From the human T2T-CHM13v2.0 reference genome, Homo sapiens, in the NCBI RefSeq assembly GCF_009914755.1, contig NC_060928.1: DNA of 64,000 nucleotides; one strand, written 5' to 3'. The notes beneath the pieces are model-generated. The model was given only the letters and a program-made list of their open reading frames with translations, searched no databases and had not been told where the DNA came from. Positions 52,001-64,000 of this stretch are shown in pieces (within the stretch, counting starts at the first letter, position 1; every line of letters starts with the position of its first letter). The position numbers were made by a program, and so were the translations under genes.

Positions 52001-52408
52001 TGGTATATATACACAATGGAATACTATGCAGCCATAAAAATGAATGAATTAACAGCATTTGCAGTGACCTGGGTAAGATTGGAGACTGTTATTCTAAGTG
52101 AAGTAACTCAGGAATGGAAAACCAAATATCGTATGTTCTCACTGATATGTGGGATCTAAGCTATGAGGATGCAAAGGCATAAGAATGATACAATGAACTT
52201 TGGTGACTTGGGGGGAACAGTGGGAGGGGAGTGACGGATAAAAGAATATAAATATGATGCAGTGTATACTGCTTGGGTGATGGTTGCACCAAAATTTCAG
52301 AAATCACCACTAAAGAACTTACTCATGTAACCAAATATGACCTGCACCCCAATAACTTATGGAAAAATAAAAAAATTATAAAATAAAATTACCATAAATT
52401 AAAAAAAA
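46090..52408 (+). mobile_element. Near-full-length inactivated LINE-1 (L1PB1-like), copy B
   Basis: 5' UTR homologous to copy A, disrupted ORF1 (47588-48469), ORF2 fragments (48954-52037) with RT motif [14 protein letters not shown]1PB-type 3' UTR and A-rich tail; only a degenerate TSD (aaacctaa). Confidence 0.95.
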
Positions 52409-52526
52409 CCTAACTAATATTTATAGAGGTGAAAAAAGGAGCCTATTTAAATATTTGACAATGCTGGATTGGTTAAATAAACAATAATCTATACAATGGA
52501 ACGTTATGTAGTCATTAAAAATACTG

Positions 52527-52815
52527 TTTTTTTGTTCGTTTGAGAGTGTCTCACTCTGTTTGTTGCCCAGGCTGGAGTGCAGTGGCACAATCTCGGATCA
52601 CTGCAACCTCCACCTCCCAAGTTCAAGCGATGCTTCCGAGTAGTTGGGATTACAGGCGTGTGCCACCATGCCTGGCTAATTTTTGTATTCTTTGTAGAGA
52701 CAGGTTTTTACCATGTTGTCCAGGCTGGTCTCCAACTCCTGACCTCAAGTGATCTGCCTGCCTCAGGCGGCTCCCAAAGTGCTGGCATTACAGGTGTGAG
52801 CCACCACACCTGGCC
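52527..52815 (-). mobile_element. AluS element followed by A-run and (TA)n (52816-52875)
   Basis: Reverse Alu dimer; simple repeat read directly. Confidence 0.92.
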
Positions 52816-52876
<61 letters not shown>

Positions 52877-53089
52877 TATTTTTAAAAAAGCAGGTAACCA
52901 AATGGACTTTTTGGTACTATTTTTCTAAATCATGTGTTGTATGTGTGTATGTACATAGACCCCCATGTCTCTCTCATTCTGTAGTCCCTTCCCTGCTTCT
53001 TTTTTCTTCTTAGCTGAAATCATTCAATTATATAACATATAATATGATACATTTGCCCAGTCATTTGTTCAATTTCTGTCTCCCCCGAG

Positions 53090-54580
53090 AATACAAAAGC
53101 CTATTGTGCATAAAACATATTTCTAGGTCCTGAGTATCAAACACCGAACGAAAATCTAAAATATGCCCCTGTCTGCCTGAGGCTTAATTTTTAGTGAGGG
53201 AAGACTGTAAACAAACAACCAAATGAGCAAATCTGCCGTATCATATATAACCTCCCTCCATATTTTATCATCTCATATGTGCTTTAATGAAAAGAGCAAC
53301 ACAGCAAAACAGAAAAGGCCAAGGATGAAGCACAATGAGGGGGGAATGGGGAGCCCCTTTTTTAAGTAGGTGCTGAGGGAGGATTTCATGGCTGCTGTTT
53401 AAATAGGGACTTGAACGAAGTGAAGGAGCAAGCCAAGCAGGTATCTGGGGGAAGAGATTTCCAGGCAGAGGGAACGGTAAGTCCAAGGATGTTTACAGAA
53501 ATGGGAAAGACTGTGAGAAAATGGAGTACTAGCGGGCTGGAATCAAGATTTCAGTGTGGCCATTTTAAAGTTGAGATGCCTTCATCAAAAGGACTATATT
53601 TAAAAGTATCAACTGGTGTCCAACAGGCTGGTTAATCAGAAGGGATTTTCAATGAATCAGAGCTGATACCACTTATAAACAAACAGTAAGGCCATATTGG
53701 AGCCTACCAGGGATGCCTATTAGATGTCCAAGTGGAGATATGTAATTCTGGAGTTCAGGGGAGAAATTTATATCAGGGCTGGAGATACAATATGGGGATT
53801 ATCAACATATAGGTGGTAATTTTAGGTCCTGGGACTGAAGAGATCACCAAGAAAGTTGGTATAGAGATAAGCAAGTGAAAAGGTTGAGCACTGGGCCAAT
53901 CTTAGGGTTGGGGAGAGGAAGAACTTGCAAAAGTGAGAAGTGGCCGTGGAGATAGGAGTAAAACCAAGAAAGTTGGTGTGCTGGGAAACAAAAGAAGAAC
54001 GTGTTTCAAAGAAAGTGGGATAGATGTCAAGTGTTCCTGCAGGATTAAGAAGAGCACTGAGGGCTGACCATTGGATTTGGACATGGGGAGGTCACTGGCC
54101 TGGACAAAAGCAGTTTTAGTGGAGTGGCAGGAATGCAAGCCTGCGTGGAGTGTGTTCAAGGCACAACAGGAGCCAGGGAGTCTAGACAACTTTGAAGATT
54201 GTGTGCTAAAAAGGAGAGCAGAGAAACAGGGCTGCCGTGAAAGAAGGATGTGGGGGCCACAAAGATTTGTTCATTGTTTGTTTCTTTGTTCTGGATGGGA
54301 GAGATTACACTATGTTTGCTTACTGATAGAAATCATTTGGCATGGGGGAACCACTGATTAGGAGCTAATTGCATAATGAATCTCTGAGTAGGTAAAAGAA
54401 AATAAAATCAAGCGCAGAATAAACAGTAGGAACATGGTCAGTTCATCCCTTGTACCAGGAGGGAAGGCAGGGTATATAGACACAGATGTGGGGTTGGTAG
54501 ACTGGTTGGGGAGAATGTGGAAGTTCTCTTTTTACTGATTCAGTTTGCTCGGTGAAATACAAAGCTAGACCATTATAGCT
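53090..54580 (-). mobile_element. L2 element (long, fragmented)
   Basis: gtatctgggggaagagatttccaggcagagggaac; ctattagatgtccaagtggagat; tgaccattggatttgg..atggggaggtcactg. Confidence 0.8.
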
Positions 54581-54744
54581 GGAAGGAGCTATGTCAAGGT
54601 GTTAAAAGTGGCTCTCTCTAGTAAGTGGAATTACAGGCATTTTTTTTGCTTTAATATTTTAAATTTCTCTCTAATATGATACATCTTTTCTTAATGACAG
54701 GCAGCATCTTTAAGTGCCCTCCTTTTCTGCTGCTTATAAGGATG

Positions 54745-55060
54745 AACCTAACCTGCCACTTACCAGTTGTATGTCTTTGAACTAGTTACTTACATTTTTT
54801 TTTAACTTTTCAAAATTTAAAATTTTTATTTTTTAAATTGGCAAATAGTTGTACATACTCATGGAGTACATAGTGATGCTCCAATACATATAATGTATAG
54901 TGATCAGATCAGGGTTCTTAAAATATTTGTAATCTCAAAGTTACTTATTTTGGGGGGGTCTTGGTTTCTTATTTGTAAACGGAGATGATAATGTCTGTGC
55001 TATTTAGTCCACTGGTCTGGAAGAATCTTAAATGAGAAAATGTATATAAAAATAACTTGA
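54745..55060. mobile_element. MIR interrupted by a short L1 3'-end fragment (~54810-54915)
   Basis: ctgccacttaccagttgtatg..ttggtttcttatttgtaaacggagatgataat; L1 end gtacatactcatggagtacatagtgat. Confidence 0.6.
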
Positions 55061-56539
55061 AAGGAACCAGTATGGCATGGATAGAAAATGTTCCTATTGT
55101 GGTTATTTCTGGTCTCTGTAGGGAAGTAGGAGGCAGGGGAGGGATCTAAGAATAGGCTGGAATCATCAACTCATTCCTTACAAACTATTCAATAGTGGTA
55201 AGAGCAAAAACTACTTTTCTGATTCAGATAGTGCTGCATCCTTTTATCAAACTTTTGACTAATATTAAAAGCTTTGTGTTCAGCCCTGGAAAACAAAACA
55301 CAAAATATGTTTCCTTTGCTTTTACGTTGAGTTAACTTTATTATTTGACACTCTAAGTTAAAATGTTTCCTAGTGAGCCAGGTTTTTCTTTTTAGCTTTA
55401 GATACATTAATTTTGAACATTTACCCACATTTTTGCATTTGAATTCAAAACCAGCCAGAGAATATATAGCTATGATTATTCTTTTGTTATTTTTTCAAAT
55501 TACTGTGATTGCATTGTTAGATATGCTTCAGCACATGGGTCCTGCTGGCCTGTCATCATTAGACAGATTCATAGAAATCTACTAAATAAAAAATCACAAG
55601 ATAAAGATAAAACCACTTATTTAAGGCACTTTGTACGAATTAAGTAATGATAGTGGAGTCACATAACTCTTCCTCAAGTATAATTCTGAACTGCTTTTGT
55701 GTTTCTTGGCATTTGAATATTTCATTGTCAGCCTAAAGATTATAAAATAAAAAGACAATACCGAGCTTTCACTGTTCTACAATGTGTATACTATTGAAGA
55801 TAAATGCTTATTAATCTTTGCTTTCAATTTACTTACAGCCCCCCACCCTTTTATGGTAAGAAAGTATAACCCCAGCATTAAAGAACATTTTGAAAAATGA
55901 GAAAAACACGACCACTGCATCATCAGAATATAATTATTTTCCCTTTTGTGTGTTCCTGGTTTACCTTTGTCTTTTTATGTACATAGCTTTACATGGTTTC
56001 AATCTCAGTATGCGTACAATTTTGAATATAAATTTAGGGTTTCATTTAAAAGAGAATTTTTTCAGGCTACAGCATAATTTCATGTTTCTACCTTTTGTCA
56101 AAACTTGACTATGTCAAACAAAGCCTGAGATCAGGAGACCTTGTTAAGACATCTGAAACAACTTCAATGATCTCACTGCTCTGTGCTCCTTCAGGACTGC
56201 AGAAATAATTGATCACCTTGGGTACCTAATAAACCCCTCACAGGGCTGCTATGATTTCATTCTGAAGGGGCCCCAGACTTGGAATCATCTTCCATAGAAT
56301 CATCAGGAATCAAAGGACTCTTCTTCCAGAGCGGGAAATGCCTCTTAGGGGGTGGGTCAGGGACAAGATCTGATGAGTGTCTCCCATGTCTTCTCAGATG
56401 GTCCTTAATTAAAATTTTGAGTACTTTTTGGTTTTCATCTTGGTGAAAATCCTATGATCTACCCTGTCTCAGGATAATTACAACAATGAAGCATATTTCA
56501 TAATTGTTGCTTATTTCCTGTACCGTTATGTTTCCAGTT

Positions 56540-56940
56540 TGTGGTAGATTGATCGCAAACATGGCCCCAATTCTCCCCCCTTCTTGTATCCATACCCTTT
56601 GCAGCATGACTTTACGACTATTCCCCATTTGGAATCTGGGGTGGCCAATGGAATGCATTAGAAGTGATGGAGGATTAGTTCTGAGTTTAGAATTTAAGAG
56701 ATTGTGCCCACATCCTCTCTCCCTGGTGGAACACTATCTAACTGCCATGTCCACTAGACTGCCTTAGCCTGCTGGAGAATCATGTGGATTAGGAACGAGT
56801 CAACCGAACTGAGGCCCAGACCCCAAACCTGCTGACCACACATGCCCGGGGGAGCCCAGTCAAATTTAGCTAAGCCCAGTACAGGTAAGCAGAACTGTCT
56901 AGCTGAGAAATCATACCTAATTGCTATTTAAGCAAGTAGG
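56540..56940 (+). mobile_element. MLT1 (F/G-like) LTR
   Basis: tgtggtagattg..atggccccaattctccc..catccataccctttgcagcatgactt..ggccaatggaatg. Confidence 0.7.
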
Positions 56941-56942
56941 TG

Positions 56943-57292
<350 letters not shown>

Positions 57293-57464
57293 TAATGAAA
57301 CACATTTAATGCCTATGCCCTTTGACCCAGCAATGCCATATCTAGAATTTACAAATATGTATACATTTACACATGTGACATGACAAAGTACAATGACTTT
57401 GGTGCACTGTTTATGATAGTAAAATACTAGAAACAGTCTAAAGTGGTTAAATAAGTTATGTGCA

Positions 57465-58135
57465 TTTATTTATTTTATTTGTACAAATTTATGGGGTACA
57501 ATTGTAATTTTGGTTACACAGATATATTGTGTAGTGGTAAAGTCAGGGCTTTTAGGGTATCTATCAAACAATGTATATTATACCCATTAATTTCTCATCA
57601 CCCATCCCCTGCCACCCTCCCACCCTTCTGAGTCTCCATTGTCTATCATTCCATACTCTAAGTTCATGTGTACACATTATTTAGCTCCACTTACAAATGA
57701 GAACATACAGTATTTGTCTTTCTGTGTCTGAGTTGTTTCTCTGAAGATCATGGCCTCCAGTTTCATCCATGTTGCTGCAAAAAAAAAGAAAAACCCATCA
57801 TCTCATTTTTTTATGGCTGAATAGTGTTCCACTCTGTAGACACACTACATTTTCTTTATCCAATCATCCACCGATGGACACTTAGGTTGATTCCATGACT
57901 TTGCTGTTGTAGATACTGTTGCTATAAACATGTGTATTCAGGTGTCTTTTTTTTAATATAAAAATTTTTTGGGGTAGATTTTAAGTAGTGGAATTGCTGG
58001 ATTTTATGGTAGTTATTTTTAGTTCTTTGAGAAACCTCCATACTGTTTTCCATGGAGGCTGTACTAATTTACATTCTCATCACAGTGTAAAGTGTTCTCT
58101 TCTCTCTGCATCCTTGTCAACAGTTGTTGTTTTTT
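57465..58135 (-). mobile_element. L1MA 3' fragment
   Basis: tagctccacttacaaatgagaacatacagtatttgtctttctgtgtctg; tggacacttaggttgattcca; gtactaatttacattc. Confidence 0.85.
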
Positions 58136-59310
58136 ATTAAGTGACTACGTAGTTGGGTGATTTACTGTACAGCAGTATTTTGGAAATACATATTAATAAA
58201 AGGTTCTATCACATTTTAGACAATTATTTTTTTCCTCTTGGGTTCCTATTTGTTGCGAAATTGAGGTGGGGGGCCATAGAGAGAGAGAATATGCCTTCCT
58301 CCCATTACCACTACTTATATTCCATGAGAGGCCTAAGATTTTTTGAGGCTGTAGATTGAATGAGGAGGACTTCTAACTGCCCCTGCCCCTGAATTCTTGA
58401 GCTCAGACAGCCGACCTTAGAGCTTTCTTGCTGCTTTCTTAAATAAGGTTAGTGTGAAGTAGGACTACCTTTATTTTATTTTTTCTCCTTTTAATCCAAT
58501 CTATGAACCTATAATGTCTTTTCAACAGATTTTCAAGTGAGCAGGAAACCAGGAAAGATAAATGAAAAGTTGAGTGGTATTGTTAAAGGAGAAATGGTCT
58601 CTACGGCTGTAAGGTAACATATAATTAACCTCAGATTCAGGCCAGGACTCAGATAATAGAAGTGCTCAATTCAAAAGAAACTCACAAACCACCTGAAATG
58701 TAAGCAATTCCTCTTTACATAGGAAATATGCTGTTGCTTTGTTGTTATTTATTTTCATTCTAATTTTAAATTATTTATGATATTATACTCACCTTTATCT
58801 CAGATGTAGCATTTCTTAGTACAGCATGTATATAACTACATAATTCATCATATAAAATTATGTTGTTGTATGGGCTTAGGTATCTCATAGACCAAGAAAT
58901 TCCCCAGAAATAGCAATAATTCTTCAACGACCAGGCCCAGCATGAGCTAGTCTTGGTCCTATATGTGACACTAAGTTCCTGATTTCTTATTAACGTGCTC
59001 TGATGAGGAAGTTGATTGAGTTATTTCAGGAAAAGAAAGAGGTGAACTAAATCTGCCCTTCTCTTACATTTAAACATTCATTTTCTACATTTTATTGTAA
59101 ATAAACACATAAACATATACACACACAACTAGTTTTAGAAATTATCAAAATACAGAAAGTAGAAGGAAGAAAACTAGCCTCTCATAATCCTATCACCTCG
59201 AAACAACCACTATGAACAGCTTGGAATATTTATTTCCAGTGTTTAAAATTTTTTCCTATACCTAATTGGAACTGCAAATACATAAACAGAAGACACTCAT
59301 ATAAAACCTA

Positions 59311-59636
<326 letters not shown>

Positions 59637-59834
59637 GCCTAAGCGAGGATAAGAGCAAAGTCAGAAATTCTTCTGTATTTGGAAGACAAGTGCATAGCTC
59701 TCCACCCATTTCCCCCTGTAAAGGGTGAGCACAATGACAGTCACAGGGAGAGTGGTGGTGATAGTGAAGTGAAGTCGTGGACAGACAGGCTTAGCTCAGG
59801 ACCTGGTAGAGTGCAAAATTCACCATTAATCACA

Positions 59835-60010
59835 ACAAACAGAGCAAACATCAGTCTAGTGCTTACTACATGCCAGACACTGTTCTAATGACTTCCTGTA
59901 TTTTAACTCATTTAATCCTCCCAACAATTCTGCTAGAAGCAGGTACTAGAATTCCCATTTTACACCTGAGAAAATGAGGCACAGAGCCATTAAGTAACTT
60001 GCTCAAGATT
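59835..60010 (-). mobile_element. MIR
   Basis: gtgcttactacatgccagacactgttcta..aactcatttaatcctcccaacaa..cccattttacacctgagaaaatgaggcacagag. Confidence 0.8.
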
Positions 60011-61109
60011 GGAGCCTGGATTAAAATTTACAGTCTGTTTATGGTGTTGTTTCTCTTAAACACCATGTGCTCATTTTATTATTTTCTTTATCGTAATTGT
60101 TCATCTCACTCCCTCATGGACTCCAATAGGCACTCTGGCCATTTTGAAGGAGCCCATTTGGCACAGCTGTGGAGACTTCGTCTCACCATTGCAATCATTT
60201 ATCGACTTAAAAGCATATTCCTTTGAAACTGAAATCTGAGTATCATCCATCACAATTCATTTGTATTATTGCCCATCCATACCTTTTCGTCTTTCCACTT
60301 TTCTTTCAGAACACAATAAATTATATTCAAATGGCAGTCAAGGAGGAAACTTTTCTTCCTCATCAACAAAGCTGATCGATGGGGGCTGAAGCCCCAGGGA
60401 AGAAGCATCTGTTGTAACTCAAGGATCCCGGCTTGAGCTGAGGATGGAATTAACAGGCACAGAGTGGTTGGCAGCCCAACGTTTGTGCAAGTCTGGCACA
60501 TGCACACATCATTAGCAACTATGCTGGAGAAGAATGATCAAGGAGGTGAGGAGGGGAATGGATCTGACTAAAGGGATGTTCAAGAAAGGAAATTCCAAGC
60601 ACTTGGGTAAAAGCTTCATAGCTAAAATGAATGAACTCGTGAGCAAAGCAAACAGCCAGGTACATTTGGGAGATGCTGACAGACAATCTGGATAATTTTG
60701 CCTCTGAAACTTTCAAAACAAAGTCATTTCATGCAGTGAATTCCCCAGAGTGGCTGCCTCTTTCACTTAGCTCCTTCGGCTGTGTCTCCTTCACTAAAAT
60801 GAAGCCCCCATGAAGGCAAAAATTTTGCTGTCCTGTTCATGGCTCCAATCTTGGCTCCTGGTTGATAATATTAAATATTCATGGAATAAGTTAATGTATA
60901 CTTGTGTTGACTCAAGCTAGGCAGATAAGCGCTGAGATATTCAACAGCATTCAAAAGCAATGTGCATGCTGGAAGAATGGCATGGTTCAACTAAAACTGA
61001 TTGTTCACAATAGTGTATAGAATCAGTGGTGAAATACTGGCAGAATATCTCTTTGTGTGCCCACCACTACTGTAAGCAATGGAAGAGATACAACAGAAAC
61101 ATGATCACG

Positions 61110-61335
61110 ATCAGCAGCAAACATTTGCCGAGGGCTTGCTGTTGGCCCAGCATGTTCTAAGCTCATTACTCGCGTTAGCATGTTTAATTCTCTCAGCACC
61201 ACCTATGGGGTAGGTAGGTACAAGTGTAATCACCCCCATTTGACATCCAAGGCAGCTGGTGCCAGGGCGATTTAGCAACTTGCCCGGAGTCCTATAGCTA
61301 GTACATGGTAGAGCTGGGATTCCATCTGCTCTGCT
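61110..61335 (-). mobile_element. MIR
   Basis: tttaattctctcagcaccacctatggggtagg..cccattt..gcaacttgcccggagtc..tggtagagctgggatt. Confidence 0.7.
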
Positions 61336-61749
61336 GTTTCCTGCCAGTCTCTGTAGTCCTGACCCTCCGGGAATTTACCCTTAATTTAAGGACACAAAAG
61401 GGACACATATGAAGCAGAGAACAATTAAGTCTTAAACTCTGTGGCCCTGAAAACAAAAAAGAGAGGAGTAAGTGTAGGCTTGTTTTCAGAGAGACCTTCT
61501 GGAAGGAGGCAGTACTTGCGCTGTCTTGAATTTCATCATTAGTTTGTATATCCATCTACCCAACCTCACATCTAGTCATCCTCTCATCCTCCCATATACT
61601 CGCCTAACAAACATTTATTAAGCTCCAACTAGGTGCCAAGCCCTGAGCACTGAAGTGTGGGTTTTGTGCTGAAATACTCATATTTCAGTTGCTTGCTTAT
61701 ATAGGGGGTCTTCCTTAGGAAGGACAGATTGGTGCTGTTGATCAAAACT

Positions 61750-62240
61750 GAAAATGCTCACACCCTGGGTACAGCAATCCCAACAGAATTACCCAAGGTG
61801 AAATGACCTGTGTTCAAGGTTATTCTCTGCAGTACTGTTTTTGACAACAAAGGATTAGAAATAGCCCACATGTTCATCAAAAGGGAACTGCTTAAATAAA
61901 ACATGATAGCACACCTAAAGAGATTACTAAGCTGCTGTGACAGGAGTGAAGAAGCTGAGAGGGAGAAATCTTTAAGACATTTAAGTGAAAAAAGCAAAGA
62001 GGCTATGTATAGGATGCCACCATTTGGATAAAGGGCAGAGGGAATAGAAACATCTTTGGTTTGTTATCTATAAAATATTTCTGGAAAGATACACCAGACG
62101 CTGATAAGATTTATGGCTTTCGGTGGAGGGAGCAGGTAGTCAAAAGGCAAGAGGAACAGGAGGGGTTTTCGCTGAATGTCCCTTGGTATGTTTTAAATTT
62201 TGGGCCTTTTTGGGAATGTATTGTCTATATTCCCCTAAAA
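61750..62240 (+). mobile_element. L1ME 3' remnant
   Basis: cagcaatccca..caaggttattctctgcagtactgttt..cacatgttcatcaaaaggga. Confidence 0.55.
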
Positions 62241-62489
62241 ACACACACACACAAAGAAAAACCAAAACTCATGTGCCCAGACCCCAGTGTTAGTGGTATA
62301 TCAATGGTGGAGTTCTAGTTTGGTTCCTTAACTCTCCCAAGGCACTTAGAAGGGAATGCTGGGTGCCAGGATGGGTTCCTCAACTGCCTGACTTGCACCT
62401 AAGTGACATATAGTTTCTGTCCTTGGCTGAGCCAGGTTCCCTTACAGAAGTCCTCTCCTTTAGCCAGGGAGCTTCTTCCTCCATCTAGT

Positions 62490-62760
62490 GTTTGCAATTT
62501 GGAAGAGGGTGGCCAACATGGGCCTGATTGGGAGGGTGACATTTGTGCAAAGCCTGAAGTAGGTGACAGCATGAGCCCTGAGGGCATCTGAAGGAAGGGA
62601 ATTCCAGAAAGAGGGAATAGCAAGTTCAAGCATTGGAGGCAGACATGAGCCAGGCCAGGTGGCAGGTGTGCCTGGAATAGAGTAAACAAAAGGGAGAGAA
62701 GCAGGAGGCAAAGACAGAGGGAATGCACATTTTGTGTGGGAGTGAGGGCGGTGTGAACTG
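62490..62760 (-). mobile_element. L2 fragment
   Basis: gagggtgacatttgtgcaaagcctgaagtaggtga..gcatctgaaggaagggaattccagaaagagggaatagcaagt. Confidence 0.7.
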
Positions 62761-63824
62761 TGCTGAAATAATCATGCATTTCCTTGGAAATTCCACATCC
62801 AGACACTGCTGTTTGTTTGCTCTGCTGTTTGTTGGCACTGAAGTCCCAGTTCTACTAATTGGCCTACCTATTGGTTCCTGAGCCCCACTCCCCATCCAGC
62901 ACTCATGACTGGTGTCGGTGTCCCAGCCTCATTCCCTGTCTTGGTAACCAGCTCTGTAGCCTGGTCTCTCCCAGCTGCTACCTGGGAATGGGGACGTGTC
63001 ATGGAATCCTGGTCTGGGCTGGAGAGTGCTCCCAGTTCATACCCTGCGGGGACTACAGGACCATGAAGAGGAGAGACTGCAACAGGGAATCCAGGAGCTC
63101 TTCCTTCAGCCCTGGTGCTAAGGCGGTCTTCCTGATGTCTCCCAATCCACACACCTTTACCTCAGGTAACTGAACTTGTTGACTTTGCACAAATTACTTC
63201 CTCATTTTGCTCAGGTGAAACATCCTTGGTGTCCTCAGAGAGGTACTCCCTGACCTTCTGATGTAAAGTAGCCACGTTCTAGCCCAGTCTCTGTCCCCTT
63301 ACCCGTGTAATTTCTTTGCTGCATATATGGTTTTGTTTATTGTCTCTCTCTCCCCACTGAACGCCAGCTTGAGGAGAGTGAGGGCTTTATCTAGGATCCC
63401 AACACCTGCAGGCAGTTTGGCCCTCCTGGTACTTGTTTCAGTGAGTGCGTCTGGTTCTAGATTTGGTTTCTCCAAGTCAGCCCTCTGTCTCACTGGAGTG
63501 CCAGACTCTGACCATGGTGGGAATGGAGAGTCCTAGGAAGTTGGATGAGATGTGTGACCACACAGAATGGCATATGGACGGAGTGCTAGGAACACAAAGC
63601 CCTTAGCCCTGGTCCCCATCCTGAAGCAGAGGTGACAGAGACAAGAAAGGTAGCGTTCACCAACACTTTGCAGAAAAAAATACAGGGTCCTTTCACCTGC
63701 TCAAAATTGTGCTTCTTTGGTGTTATCAGAGCTTTAAAATGAGTGTAAAGTGCTTATTATTTGAAGGGTCACAGTTGTCATGAGATGGCAACCCACTTTT
63801 ATTATTATTGATTCTTTACTCTTG

Positions 63825-63985
63825 AGAAGCAACTTTGACACCAGTGGATTTGGGTTCAAATTCTGGCTCTCATACTTGCTGCCTTTGGGCAAATCAAGCC
63901 TTGCTGAGCCCATGTCCTCATTTAAGATGGGAATGGGGCAGTGGGAATGAGGGGATAATATCTACCTTCACCACTGACAGGATAT
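63825..63985 (+). mobile_element. MIR fragment
   Basis: tgggttcaaattctggctct..acttgctgcctttgggcaa..ctgagcccatgtcctcatt. Confidence 0.65.
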
Positions 63986-64000
63986 AACATGTGGAGTAGA

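Noticed and set aside
46060-52420. Segmental duplication of L1 copy A as the origin of copy B
   Set aside because: Homology stops at the element ends and the flanks differ; copy A has its own TSD, so these are independent insertions.

Overview
Human (hominoid) genomic DNA. The window opens in the last coding exon of PDGFRA (...LVEDSFL-stop at 2-25), followed by its ~3 kb 3' UTR (poly(A) signal at 2971), then ~61 kb of repeat-rich intergenic sequence that, from the known 4q12 gene order, lies between PDGFRA and KIT. No other protein-coding gene is supported. Retroelements dominate: two near-full-length, same-orientation, inactivated L1PB-type LINE-1s (4.7-11.9 kb and 46.1-52.4 kb), a full-length minus-strand SVA inside an MLT1 LTR (29.5-31.3 kb), about 20 Alus, plus L2, MIR, L1M, MLT1 and MER remnants. 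The most unusual structure is at 40.2-41.4 kb: the same 16-bp sequence occurs three times and brackets an Alu and a separate ~830-bp polyadenylated, mostly non-TE insert. This looks like two successive L1-mediated insertions at one cut site, one of them an orphan retrocopy or transduction. Other leads are shared atypical RT-motif substitutions in the two L1s, candidate CTCF sites at 23.8 and 27.8 kb, and a perfect RFX X-box palindrome at 37.58 kb. Repeat subfamily names come from recalled consensus sequences, and boundaries of old repeats are approximate.
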